A stretch of 64,000 bases of DNA from Bilabrum cf. latius (GCA_965178125.1 CBCXTV010000001.1:186001-250000), one strand, 5' to 3'. Shown: positions 19,456 to 30,000, counted from the first letter of the stretch. The notes: generated by a model from the letters alone, not told the origin. Translations and numbers: made by a program.

Positions 19456-20148
19456 ATGGCCTACGTCGGTATCGCCGATGCACCGTATGTGCCCGTGGTT
19501 GCCGCGTCGACCTCCGAGCACGCCCCGGAGGGCGAGGTGGAGATGATGCTTGCGCCTCTTGCCGGAGATGTCGGTTTCAAGCGGCCTCGCGTGTTTCCTC
19601 CCGGTTCGCGACTTCTTCCTAAGTCGCCGGCCCATCCGGCGGTGCTCATAACAGCGCTCGGCAGTGAGGCACCCCAGGACACACAGTGCGTCGTTTGGTC
19701 GGACTCTAAGGCTTTCGACCTCGCGGAGTTTGTATGCTCTTCCTGCGGCTGCAATCGTGTCATGGCGGACCTGAATCATCGTATGCGTGATCGTCTCGTA
19801 CGTCGCGTGCAGCGCACGCTTTATGCCGATGATTCTCCGTGCGGCAGGGGTGCGATTTCGTGTCGTGCTTGTCGCGAGAAGGCGCGCGACGCGGCGCCGA
19901 AGACGTCGATTATGAACGCGGCGAACAAGAAGAAGATCTCGGGAACTCTTCGCATGCAGTTGGATCTCATTGTAGAGACCGGGGAGCGGAAGGGTCAGCG
20001 TTGTACTGCGGAGAAAATTCTGACATTGGGAACGATGAAGCAGCACAGGGTTTTCGAGAGGGACCTTTACGATGAGGCATGGCGCGGGCTTGTTCGTCTG
20101 TCTGGACGCGAGGCTTGGAGCGATGACGACTCGTGGTCTCCGCGTTGA
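19456..20148 (+). CDS. Hypothetical protein with CxxC pairs, putative zinc binding (230 aa from ATG; ORF open from 19297)
   Basis: FVCSSCGC...PCGRGAISCRAC; protein-like composition. Confidence 0.6.
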   Translation: MAYVGIADAPYVPVVAASTSEHAPEGEVEMMLAPLAGDVGFKRPRVFPPGSRLLPKSPAHPAVLITALGSEAPQDTQCVVWSDSKAFDLAEFVCSSCGCNRVMADLNHRMRDRLVRRVQRTLYADDSPCGRGAISCRACREKARDAAPKTSIMNAANKKKISGTLRMQLDLIVETGERKGQRCTAEKILTLGTMKQHRVFERDLYDEAWRGLVRLSGREAWSDDDSWSPR

Positions 20149-20349
20149 GCTTGCGTGACGGTTTTCCCTCTTAACCTGGCCTCTTGCGTGGCGCTGCTTC
20201 CGCGTGTGGCCTGAGCGTGCGACCTAAGCGTTCGGCCTGCTGTCGCGTGTGACCTGAGCGAACGGGCGCTCGACAGTATCCCGCGTTTGTTGCTTCTGGG
20301 GTTCAAGAAACTTGTACTTTTTGGGCTGTACGGTGGTCAGTGGTGCACG

Positions 20350-20500
20350 GTTCGTTCGCAGCCTCCGCGTTGTTGGAAAGCTATGGTGGAGCATGGTTCT
20401 TTTCGCAGCCTCCGCGTTGTGATCAAGCTACGGTGGAGCATGGTTCGTGAGCATGGTTCTTTTCGCAGCCTCCGCGTTGTTGACACGTGAAAGCTACGCG
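20350..20500 (+). repeat. Three imperfect direct repeats with core TTCGCAGCCTCCGCGTTGT...AAGCTA (also at 47545-47695)
   Basis: Core at ~20355, ~20402 and ~20462, with GAGCATGGTTC sub-repeats. Confidence 0.85.
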
Positions 20501-20982
20501 AACGTGACCACACAATAGGCCATACCCCAGGTGAAATCCGGACTCGGACATCCAGACGAAACGGCATCATGCACACTGTTGAACACACAAATGACACTGA
20601 GCTCCACCGTAACGTAACTTTCCATCACCACCTGGTTTATTTTCTCCGCGATGGCAGCTTAGCGGTGACGCTGTGTCTTCGGGCATGAAGGGGCAAATCT
20701 TTGATTTTTTGGGCCCTGTTTCGGTCACCGAAAAGTCGTGTGATTTCTGGCGCGCAGGAGGAGTGACGCAAGGTATTTCTGAACCGTTTTCCGGACGCTT
20801 TCCGGGCCTCCCATGTGACCGCTTTTTGCGTACCGAAACACGTTCCGCGCGTGAGGAGCAGATGCGGATCTCCGCGGGGTCCTAGTTGTGTCCTTTTTCG
20901 GGGGACGAAATCGGGCGCACTTGTCGTGCCGATTCGTGGTCGTCTCTGAGACCGGCTGCGAGTCGGGAAAGGTGCCCGGGAG

Positions 20983-22275
20983 ATGCTCGTGTCCTTGGCT
21001 TCGTATTTCTCCGCGTATTCTTCAAACGCGGGCGCACGTCTCCTACCGATTCGTGGTCGGTTTCCGAGGCCGATCGCGAGTCGGGAAATGCGCCCGCGAT
21101 GCGCTCTCGATCTCGGAAAGGGCGGGAGTCCGTTCTTGCATTCGGAATGGGCGGGGAGTTGCTTTTCCTGGGAGCATGTGCGAGATTCCTTCTCCGCGGG
21201 TCCTCTTTCGGCTTCGGCAGTCAGCAGCGCACTCTGCGGGAACGGCATTCTCCGAGTCTCTTTGCCGATGATGTCTGAGGAGAAACCCTCCGAGAGCATT
21301 GCTGTTTCCTTGGGAGACGGCCGCAATCTTCGTGCGCGTCGAGGCGCCGGTGATATGGGAAACGAGGGCGGCATGTTGGCGCGCGAGGTCGACGCGCCGG
21401 CGGAGCACGCCGGCGCGGCGGCAAGCGTCGATGATTCGCTCGGCCCCCACATCGAGAGCGGCGGCGCGGAGGCGGCGTCCACGGGGATGCTCGGAGAGGA
21501 GAGCGGCAAGGCAGCGCCGAAGGAGGACGCCGAAGACGACGGCGGCAAGAAGACGGAGGAGGAGGATGCTCGCGGCGGTGGACGTGCTGTGGTGCCCGGA
21601 GGTAATGACGACGTATGGACCAACGCAGCAGCTTGGAAGGCGGGTGGCGGCGTGGCAGCCGGGGCGGTCTCTGGCGCTGATAGCTGGGATCAATGGGGGA
21701 CCCCTGCGAAGTCGTCATGGGGGGAGACGTACGTGCTGCGGCAGGTCGCGTCGGAGCCGGCGGAGGAGGCGACATGGACTTGCAACGCGTGCCAGTGCTG
21801 CAAGCCCCGGTCGGCGTACTTTAAGAAGTGGAAGGACTGGATCCAACCAGTTTGCCGGGTGTGTTGCGACAAGTTCGACAACGCGACGCCGTGGTGGGTG
21901 TGGTGCAAGAGCTGCAAAAACGAGTATCCGGCGTACCGATTTCCCCAGATCCGCCGGAAGAAGGAGAACTTGCGCTATTTCTTCCCTGAGGACTGGTGCG
22001 CGAAGTGCCTGGTTGCGCGTGGCTGGAGTCTCCATGATGTCCGTTCCTCTGCGGGTGAAGCGAAGCGTTGGGTGCCAAAAGCTGGCGCGAATACCGGTGA
22101 CGGCGACAACGACGCTCGTGCTCCCGCACGCGACGAGCTTCCTGCAGGAGGCGCCGCCTCCTGCAGCAACGCCGTGCGTCAGAGTTCTTCGCGTGACGAG
22201 GCCTTGGATGACATCAAGCGGGCCATGGAGCTTCTCCAGAATGCGGAAAGGTTCCTCCTCACGATGCCAGCGTGA
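20983..22275 (+). CDS. ORF430: protein with two tandem C4 (treble-clef-like) zinc fingers and an acidic low-complexity N-terminus (true start may be 21268)
   Basis: WTCNACQCCKPRSAYF...VCRVC and WCKSCKNEYPAYRF...WCAKC. Confidence 0.7.
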   Translation: MLVSLASYFSAYSSNAGARLLPIRGRFPRPIASREMRPRCALDLGKGGSPFLHSEWAGSCFSWEHVRDSFSAGPLSASAVSSALCGNGILRVSLPMMSEEKPSESIAVSLGDGRNLRARRGAGDMGNEGGMLAREVDAPAEHAGAAASVDDSLGPHIESGGAEAASTGMLGEESGKAAPKEDAEDDGGKKTEEEDARGGGRAVVPGGNDDVWTNAAAWKAGGGVAAGAVSGADSWDQWGTPAKSSWGETYVLRQVASEPAEEATWTCNACQCCKPRSAYFKKWKDWIQPVCRVCCDKFDNATPWWVWCKSCKNEYPAYRFPQIRRKKENLRYFFPEDWCAKCLVARGWSLHDVRSSAGEAKRWVPKAGANTGDGDNDARAPARDELPAGGAASCSNAVRQSSSRDEALDDIKRAMELLQNAERFLLTMPA

Positions 22276-22475
22276 CGCGGGAGCTTCCCGAATGGGTCCG
22301 TCGTACTGTGAGGGCGCTCCGGAAGGAAGAGCGCGAGTGAGTCATCCTTGCGCCGAGGTGAGCGCGACGTCGGAGGAGCACGGTCGTTTGATTGGGAACG
22401 ATATGGTCGGCAGAGTGTGAAAATCCGAGTTTCTCGTGCAGGATTGGGCAGCTCTCTAGATATCTTGCCTGGGAA

Positions 22476-23455
22476 GGGTGTGATGTGGTGGGAGCGCTTC
22501 CGCCTCACGTGGCAGACGTCCACACTTCCTGGTTCCCCGGCAGGCTGTTTGGCGAGACGGAGTGGCAAAGCATCCGCCTGCTGATTCCTACTTTGTTACC
22601 TCGATTGTGAGCTCGGAGCTTGGGGCGGAGGATTCTGCGGGCAGCTCATGTGTGCCTAGAGTGTCATCCCGCGACCCTCTGACTTCTGTTCGTGGCTTTA
22701 CCTCTTCGCGCAGGAAGATTCCTCATGAGGCAAGCCCGGTCCGAACTCGCGTGGGATGCCGTGCGCTGGTGCGGCTTCCACTCATCCCCGGGGTGGGGAG
22801 CGCTGGGTAAAGGATCGTCTGTCCCTGCAAGTTTCGATTCGGCGAGGTGCGGCAGCATGACGCGGACCGAGGTGAAGTCCTTTGTCCGCGATAGGTCGCC
22901 GCGTCGCGCGGTGGCGACCCCACAGCGCCCCAATCCCATTCCGGAGAGGGGGTGTGATGCAGTGGGAGCCCTTCCGCCTCACGTGACAGACGTTCACACT
23001 TCCTGGTTCCCATAAGGTCTTCAGCACAGCGCATGCGAGGCAGGCTGTTCGGCGAGACGTAGTGGCATCGCCCCCGCCTGCTCATTCCTACTTTGTTACC
23101 TCGATTGTCAGCTTGGGGCTCGGGGCGGCGGATTCAGCGGGCAGCTCATGTATGCTGGAGTGTCATCCCGCGACCTCTGACTTCTGTCCGTGGCTTTACC
23201 TCTTCGCGCAGGAAGATTCCTCATGAGGCAAGCCCGGTGCGAACTCCTGTGGGATGCCGTGCGCTGGTTCGGATTCCACTCATGCCCGATGTGGGGAGCG
23301 CTAGGGTAAAGGATCGTCTGTCCCTGCAAGTTTCGATTCGGCTCGAGTCAATGTGAGGAAGGAGAGGTGCGGCAGCATGACGCGGAACGAGGTGACGTCC
23401 TTTGTCCGCGATAGGTCGCCGCGTCGCGCGGTGGCGACCCCGCAGCGCCCAAACC
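22476..23455 (+). repeat. Diverged ~470-500-bp tandem duplication (also at 49671-50650)
   Basis: GGGTGTGATG..GTGGGAGC.CTTCCGCCTCACGTG at 22476 and 22949; both copies end in GGTGGCGACCCC.CAGCGCCC. Confidence 0.9.
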
Positions 23456-23898
23456 CCGCCCCGCCTAGTCCTCACTCGACAGCGGTGTCGAACCTGCAGC
23501 AGCGCTTCGAGAACATGCAGCAGCGTGCGGAAAGCTTGAGCGCTCAGCTGGAGTACGCCCAAAGTGTGATCAGGCTGCTCTCAGGCCTGTTGCGCGATGA
23601 GGCTCCTCGGTTCTATGCAGACTTTGATCCCGTGATTCGGCGTGCGATGTCTGGCGCAAGCGGCTCCGTTGCGGGTAGGTCTTTCCGTCTTGTGGACGGA
23701 GGCGTCATCCACGGACCTGACACAGCAGTCGCTGCTCCTCCGCGTCGTCTCATCGTTGAGGTGCGTACGGACTGGGAGATGACCGAGACTGCCTCAACTG
23801 TGCTGGATTCCTCAGGATCAGACGACATGGGTTCCGAGGACTCGCCGCCGCCGACCGTCGTCCTCCCCAGCGGCGCGGCGGGCGCCGGCGGTGCCTAG
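23353..23898 (+). CDS. Hypothetical coiled-coil protein (ATG at 23377)
   Basis: VSNLQQRFENMQQRAESLSAQLEYAQSVIRLLSGLL shows a heptad pattern. Confidence 0.5.
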   Translation: MRKERCGSMTRNEVTSFVRDRSPRRAVATPQRPNPAPPSPHSTAVSNLQQRFENMQQRAESLSAQLEYAQSVIRLLSGLLRDEAPRFYADFDPVIRRAMSGASGSVAGRSFRLVDGGVIHGPDTAVAAPPRRLIVEVRTDWEMTETASTVLDSSGSDDMGSEDSPPPTVVLPSGAAGAGGA

Positions 23899-24436
23899 TC
23901 CTCGGCAGCTCCTGCATCGGAGCCTCCTGTCGAGATTCGATCGCGCAACGTCGTTCCTTACATTGCTTGCCGTCGCATGTGCCGGGCGGTGGTGGGTGTG
24001 CGTGTTCGCCGAAAGTTCCCGGCCTCGTCTTCCTCAGGAGAGCTCCTCGACCCGAAATTGGCAGCTCAGCGCTGCCGTGGCCGATACAGTACCCGTGCAT
24101 GGCCAGTTGGCAGCTACGCGCTGCCGTTGCCAATGTCGTCCGCACGAGAGCAGAGTGGCAGCTCAGCGCAGGCGAGAAACCGCGCTCGCAATGCTGCGAG
24201 GTGTATTCAATGCTGTGCACGTGTCTATCCCGCTCCCTGGTTTTGTCTCGCTTGCGCCAGTGTGACCGCAGCAGAGCGGGTGCTTCCCGTGCGTCTTCAG
24301 CTTTGAGCACTCCTCCAGCGACAGGAAGGCATTCGCTTGCTCTCGCTCCCCGCCTGCGTCCTATCCCTCCCGGGTATCTTCAGAGGCCACAGGCAGTGCG
24401 AAGCTTGGCAGCGGGTCCGTCCGCGTCGTTTCGGCT

Positions 24437-26074
24437 GTGAGCGATCTTCTGCCCGGTTCCTCACGCGTCATAATGTCCTCTGCTTCGGTGCCGGATCAGC
24501 TCGCACGGATCAGTAAGGAGCTGAAGTGTCTCAGAGACGCGAGACAACGGGCGCGCAATGGGCTGCGCCATCCGTGGTTGCGCGCCATGGAGGCACAGGT
24601 CGCTGAGGTTATTCGTCATCACCCCGGCGGTGGCGAGGCAGCTCTTCGAACCTATGTCTCTCGTCAGTTGCAGAGTCGACAGGTTTCCACGCGGACGGCT
24701 TCGCAGGAGGAGTTTCAAAGGCAGGTCGATGAGGAGGTCGCGCTCACCATGAGGCGCCCAGCTGAGGCGTGGCAGCGAAATCCTCTTCGCTCATGTCATC
24801 GAGAGTCCGTGGCACGCGCAGAGACCTTTCTCGCCGAGGCTTCTGTCGTTGCTTGGATCGACCATGTGAACGAGCAGCGTGGGTGTGCTCCAACTGGGAA
24901 CATGGTTTTCGCCATGCTTGCGAGGATGGGCGTTCGCGCGGGGAAGGACTCGGCTCGACGGCAGTGGCTCCTGCGCTTCCGTCGTCGTTGGCGGCTTCGG
25001 CATGGCCGATTGAAGAAGCAGCCCCCGGTAACACTCGATTACGTCAGACTCGCGTGTCGTGTCTTCTATCAGTGGATTGAATTCGCAGAAGCGCGAGTGC
25101 CCCCCAACCGCCGCCTCGTCTTTGTGAATTTCGATGAGTCCAGCGTGCCCTTTGCCTTTCCGGGAATGCGCGGGTACATCGCACCGAGGTCAGGAACGGA
25201 GCCCGCTTCGCTTGGTTCGCGCACGGAGCGCCTCGCCTCGAATAGCAATCGAGGATCGTACACCTTTCTGGGTTTTATTAGCGACTGCCCGGAAATCCAG
25301 CGACGACTCCCGCGTATACTCATCGGGAAGCACACGCGGCTGAGCAAGCGCTTGATGCGTGGGGCGCCGAACCAAATGGTGGACGGAATGGAAGTCTGGG
25401 CCCGAGAGAGCTCGTGGGTGACGCAGTCCCTCATGTTCGACATTCTGCGTCGGCTTTTCGCTTCTTGGATGGACATTCAGCATGAGATCTATCCAATAGT
25501 GATACTTGACTGCGCGCCCCAACACATTTCCACTGAGATTGTGAACTTCGCACACGGCCTTGGCATGGATCTCGTGTTTATTCCTGGTCGACTCACCTTC
25601 CTGCTTCAGCCGTTGGACGTTCTCGTCTTTCAGCTTCTTAAGCGCGACCTTCGGGAGACGTGGATGCAGGAGCGCTCGCGTCATGAAGCGGGTCATGTCG
25701 ATGTCTCTTGCCATCTCAGGGTTGTCGCTGAGTGCACGAAGAGAGTGCTCTCGTCTGGCTCGTGGCAAGGCGCTTTCGATATGACAGGCATTACCAGCGG
25801 CAGGCGCCGCTTGCATTCGACCCTACGGCGCTTGTTTGAGTGTGACATGGAGGACATCTCCAGCGATGCTCCGTCTGTCGACCAGCTCCGCTTCATCAGC
25901 AGTCCGCAGCAGCCTCTCCCGCACGATGCGCTCATCAACAGGGCCCCAGTCGCGTCCGGACACGCGGTCGACGGAGGCGTCCACGGTGGTAACGCTCGCC
26001 GCGTGCCTCGTGGCCGCAGACTAAACGGATGGACCCCCCGCGATCGCGCTCACCCCTCGGCGGCCATGCCGTGA
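24437..26074 (+). CDS. pogo-family (DDE_1) DD35D transposase (first ATG at 24473)
   Basis: CENP-B-type HTH end QWLLRFRRRWRL; D1 in VFVNFDES; SSWVT; D2 in IVILDCAPQH; D3 in FIPGRLTFLLQPLDVLVFQLLK; 35 residues between D2 and D3. Confidence 0.92.
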   Translation: MSDLLPGSSRVIMSSASVPDQLARISKELKCLRDARQRARNGLRHPWLRAMEAQVAEVIRHHPGGGEAALRTYVSRQLQSRQVSTRTASQEEFQRQVDEEVALTMRRPAEAWQRNPLRSCHRESVARAETFLAEASVVAWIDHVNEQRGCAPTGNMVFAMLARMGVRAGKDSARRQWLLRFRRRWRLRHGRLKKQPPVTLDYVRLACRVFYQWIEFAEARVPPNRRLVFVNFDESSVPFAFPGMRGYIAPRSGTEPASLGSRTERLASNSNRGSYTFLGFISDCPEIQRRLPRILIGKHTRLSKRLMRGAPNQMVDGMEVWARESSWVTQSLMFDILRRLFASWMDIQHEIYPIVILDCAPQHISTEIVNFAHGLGMDLVFIPGRLTFLLQPLDVLVFQLLKRDLRETWMQERSRHEAGHVDVSCHLRVVAECTKRVLSSGSWQGAFDMTGITSGRRRLHSTLRRLFECDMEDISSDAPSVDQLRFISSPQQPLPHDALINRAPVASGHAVDGGVHGGNARRVPRGRRLNGWTPRDRAHPSAAMP

Positions 26075-27093
26075 CCTCGACCACGACCATGTCAGGGGCG
26101 AACGCGACTTCGTCAACCTCGAGCACGACCATCCCAGCGGCGAACGCGGCTTCCTCGATGGGATCCCTGACCCCGACGAAGCTTCCCCGACCTCGGCCAC
26201 GTGAACCTGCAGGCGCATTCTTGCCCGATGTGCCCGCGCAGGTGGCGGCCTGCACGGCGTGGGCGCCACCGTTTCGTCGACCAGACAGCTCAGCCACTCC
26301 GGCGACGCGCGAGGCGGCAACGTCCACGTGCATCAATCCGTGGACCGCTCTCTCCTGGTATCCGACACCACCGCAGCCGACGGACCCCCCTTCCGACAGG
26401 CCTCGCGAGGTACCGAACCGGAGCTCCCGGCAGCAGCGCAGGCGTCATGCTTGGGGCGGCACGTGGGTGTTCGACGACGCCATTACGCTCAGCGATTGCG
26501 GGTCGAGGGTGCAGATCGACGCGCCGCAGTCGAAGCTCTTGGCGATGGTCCTGCCCCGGAAGTCGGGCCAGTGGATTCCTCGTAGGCTGCGCTCGCGTAC
26601 GATCTGGTATTTGGCTGGGGAGCAGTCGGCCGTGATCACCAACCTCAAGTGCCAGGCCTGCAGTCGGGTCAAGCACGCGGACAGCTTCAACCCGAAGAGC
26701 TTGCGTCGGGCTCAGTACTCGTTGCTGCATTCCCTGTGGCCCGGCTACATACGACGTACCGAGCGGTCTATTTGGTGCACGCAGTGTGCGGTGGAGGACC
26801 AGTTGATGCAGGGCAACTTTCCGGACGGCTACTGTTTCCGGATCCGCGCCACACTCGAAATTTGCCATCAAGATCGCGTCGCGGCCAAGCTGTTTGCAGT
26901 GCACGACAGTAACGCTCTCTTCGAGCAGATCCCGCTGAGCTCCCGTGCGGCCATGGACGTGGCGGAGCAGTTGCGCCGATACTGGCAGGATGCCGTGTCC
27001 TCAGACGGCCAGAGCAACATCTTCCACAGCGACCACGTTTCGACAGACGACGACTCTGAGTTCGCACCGGGCGGACCGGAGAGCGTGCCGTGA
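26029..27093 (+). CDS. ORF354: S/T/P-rich N-terminus plus a C4 zinc-finger-like domain; overlaps the transposase 3' end by 46 nt
   Basis: LKCQACSRVKHADSF...IWCTQC, the same finger style as ORF430. Confidence 0.65.
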   Translation: MDPPRSRSPLGGHAVTSTTTMSGANATSSTSSTTIPAANAASSMGSLTPTKLPRPRPREPAGAFLPDVPAQVAACTAWAPPFRRPDSSATPATREAATSTCINPWTALSWYPTPPQPTDPPSDRPREVPNRSSRQQRRRHAWGGTWVFDDAITLSDCGSRVQIDAPQSKLLAMVLPRKSGQWIPRRLRSRTIWYLAGEQSAVITNLKCQACSRVKHADSFNPKSLRRAQYSLLHSLWPGYIRRTERSIWCTQCAVEDQLMQGNFPDGYCFRIRATLEICHQDRVAAKLFAVHDSNALFEQIPLSSRAAMDVAEQLRRYWQDAVSSDGQSNIFHSDHVSTDDDSEFAPGGPESVP

Positions 27094-30000
27094 GGGACCG
27101 CAGCGACAGTAGCGTCGCTTAGGTGAGGAGCGGGTGCCAATGCTCTTTTGAAAATGGTGTGTCGTACGTACGGCAGGAGCCGTCGGTGGGAGCGGGGCGG
27201 ATCCTGCGGGAAGTCGTGGAGACTGAGGGCAGAGACTCTCGGGTCGGTCAGGGTCTCATGTAACGTGCTGTTCACCGCAGAGGTATGTGCGGATCTTGGT
27301 GGATCTCTCGAGGACATGGGTGGCATACCGTTGTGCATCCGTTCCCCGGGGGGGGCGGTCGCAGAAGAGTGCACACGAAAACAAGAGGAAAGGAGACCAA
27401 CCCCCCAAACCCACGTAGTGCGATCCTGGGGGGTACCCTATAAGGTACTAAGAATCCTTCTCCCGAAAATCGCACTACCTCGGGCCACAACGTCTTGGTG
27501 GATTCCTCGAGGACATGGGTGGCATACCGTTGTGCATCCGTTCCCCGTCGCTCCCTAACGTCTTCAGTGGCAGGTTCGGAAAAGACACCTCCGTAGGCAC
27601 GCGACAAGTCCCGGTGAAGCGGGCTCGCACCGCGCTGGGCGGGAGATCGTGAGCGCTTAGAGGACCGAAGCTTTCGGGCGGGTGCGTGTCTCGACAAACT
27701 CCCTCTTGACCACGGGCGGGGAACGTGTAGGGCGGAAGCTAAAGACACCGTAAGTAGCGGAGGGCTAACATTCCGTCCTTCGGTGAGAGCCAAAAGTTCG
27801 AGTCTGCGAGAGACTATTATACGAAGTTCTCCCCTCCTCATACGTGCGCATAGCCTCCTCACGCGGTAGCGCGAGCGCGGGACCCGGACCTGTCCCTGAT
27901 GGGCGTGAATCTGAACCCGGCGTACTCTCCTAGTCTGTCACTTCCACGACCTTGTTGTCGCGGAACCACTTGCACGGAGAGGAACCTGTCGTTCAAGCGG
28001 GTGCAGCCGGACGCGCAGGTGTAGTGCATCGCCTTGCATATGTGCACGGCCAAGTAGATGCCGGAACCGTAGAGGTATCACACTTCCCGCGGAGCTTGGG
28101 TGGGTCTTTCGCTGCTGTCGTCTGCTCCAGAAGGTTTGCGCCAAAAACCGGAAAACTTCTAAGACAGAGGTGGGATGCCAGGAGCTCACGGTCCTGCCGG
28201 ATTGGGGAGGTCCATGCCCACGCGAGCCGGGTACGCGTCCAAATCAACGCACAGAGCGGGAGCTGAGGGCGCCAAGGACGCTCACTGTCAGGCACACACA
28301 ACGCGCACAGAATTCGTCATTTCGCGTTCAAAGCCTGCCAACGACGTGGCGCTTGGCGAAATGTGGTGGGTGGCGAAGATGTGGTACTTCGCCGTGCCTT
28401 TCTCTATGACGGCCAAGCGTGCACTCGCCATCGCGCTCGGACGCCACAGGAAGAGATCCCAGCTCGCAGCTCCGCCGCCTCATCCAGGAGTAAGGCGAAG
28501 TCGAATCGTGAATAGCGCTTCGCACCTTCACAGAGCCGAGGATCACAGATAGGCCCCGCCTCACAGAACCCAGCGCCATAGGGCAGAGCGTGAAGTACCT
28601 GGCCGCTTGGCTTGGCCGGACCCCCGCCCGCCCTCCGCCGGCAGCTCCTCCCGTCCGTCCCTATGGAGGCAGATCCGCGTACCCATGCTGCGGCGGGATC
28701 CTGACACAATCCGCTCCTCTTAGTGTGTGGCCGTGGGGCATGAGTGGAGCAGCATCGGGCCCTCACCAGCCGTGGAACGGAAGCAGCTCTCCGTGCGGCA
28801 GCTGTGCGATGCACAGACCTCGTCCCAAAGATACGGATCCATTTTGCCGTCTTCCCGCGCATACTGCATCGCTCTGCAAAACTGCATTGCGCAGTGGATC
28901 CCCGAGCGTCGACTGCCAATAGCAGGCGGCCTCGCAAGGCCTTCATGGACGCAGGATTTGGGCTTCTTCATCGTAAATTTGGGGTCTGCTCAGCGCGCGA
29001 AAATTCCAACGCTTCAAAATGATCCGGACGTCGCGAGAAGGGAACTCGTTGCTTGCTCACCTGTGCGGAGGGGTTGGATGCCCGATGTGCTAAAGAGAGG
29101 ATACTGTCCGTCGGCGTTCTCTCTTCACCTTGTGCGGAAGGGTTGGGTGCCTGATTTCAGACAGAGAAGGTCTCGTCCGTTGGGAGCGCTTAGGAATACT
29201 TCCGGATGGGGCGTCCAGACGCGGTCCAGGACCTCCAGCTCGTCGGGGTCAATGTCGCCCGCGCCGTCCGTGCCTTTGACGCCTCTGGATCGATGATGCC
29301 CACGATCTTTGTCATCTCGGACGACACACGTCCCAGCTGCTCTTTGGTAGTGCATTACCTCATTGACCCCGAAGCGTTGAATATTTAATGAAGACCCTTC
29401 GGAAGCTGGCGAAGTTTGTCAGCTTGTCGGAGCGCAGCCTGGGTCCTTGTCAACAAACATGGAGGGTTTCGGGGCGGATTTCCAGCGTTCCGCCTTGATA
29501 TCGAGTGCACCTCGAGGTCGGGATCGAAGCGGGGCGGGCGGTTCGTCATCCTCTGTGATACGCTTAGGAGGCGCCGACTTGATGCCCACCTTGTCCCCCA
29601 ATCACTCCAGACGTAACTGGGGAACTCTTCCCGTCGTGGGCCGGGTACGCCTCCGAATCCCACGCGAGCCGTTCCCCACGGCGCACCGATAAGCGCCGCT
29701 GCAAGCGTACCAAGAGGGGCGTACCAAGAGGTGCTTCCTTCGCTCGGCAGTGTGGCACTTCAAGCAGTAGAATGTGCCACTCCCAGCACGTAGGTGGAGT
29801 TTGCGAGCTGCCGGCCGACATGCTCGTGTGGTGACCTCCGGCGCACCGATAAGTGCCGCTGCAAGCGCACCAATACTACTTCGCTTGGGAGCGAGGCACT
29901 TTAAGCAATGCAGTGCGCCGGTTTTCGTGCACGCCCAGTCGCGCGGACGCCGCAGGTGGCTTGGCCGTAGGATAGAATTAGTGGCGGGTCGGTTTTGCAT

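Larger units (their letters stand above)
8700..27093 (+). mobile_element. Putative composite Rep(HUH-SF3)/pogo-DDE element gene cassette, copy 1 (ends not defined)
   Basis: Co-oriented compact ORFs including Rep-helicase and DD35D transposase, plus a hairpin/iteron site; no TIR or TSD found by eye. Confidence 0.65.
1..27194. repeat. 27.2-kb tandem repeat unit, copy 1 (phase set arbitrarily by window start)
   Basis: GGGCGGATCCTGCGGGAAGTCG at 1 recurs at 27195 and 54390; the whole ORF track repeats with offsets 27194/27195. Confidence 0.98.

Noticed and set aside
23900-27200. Stand-alone pogo transposon with TIRs and TA duplication
   Set aside because: No terminal inverted repeats found by eye around the transposase, and its 3' end overlaps ORF354; a computational IR search is still needed
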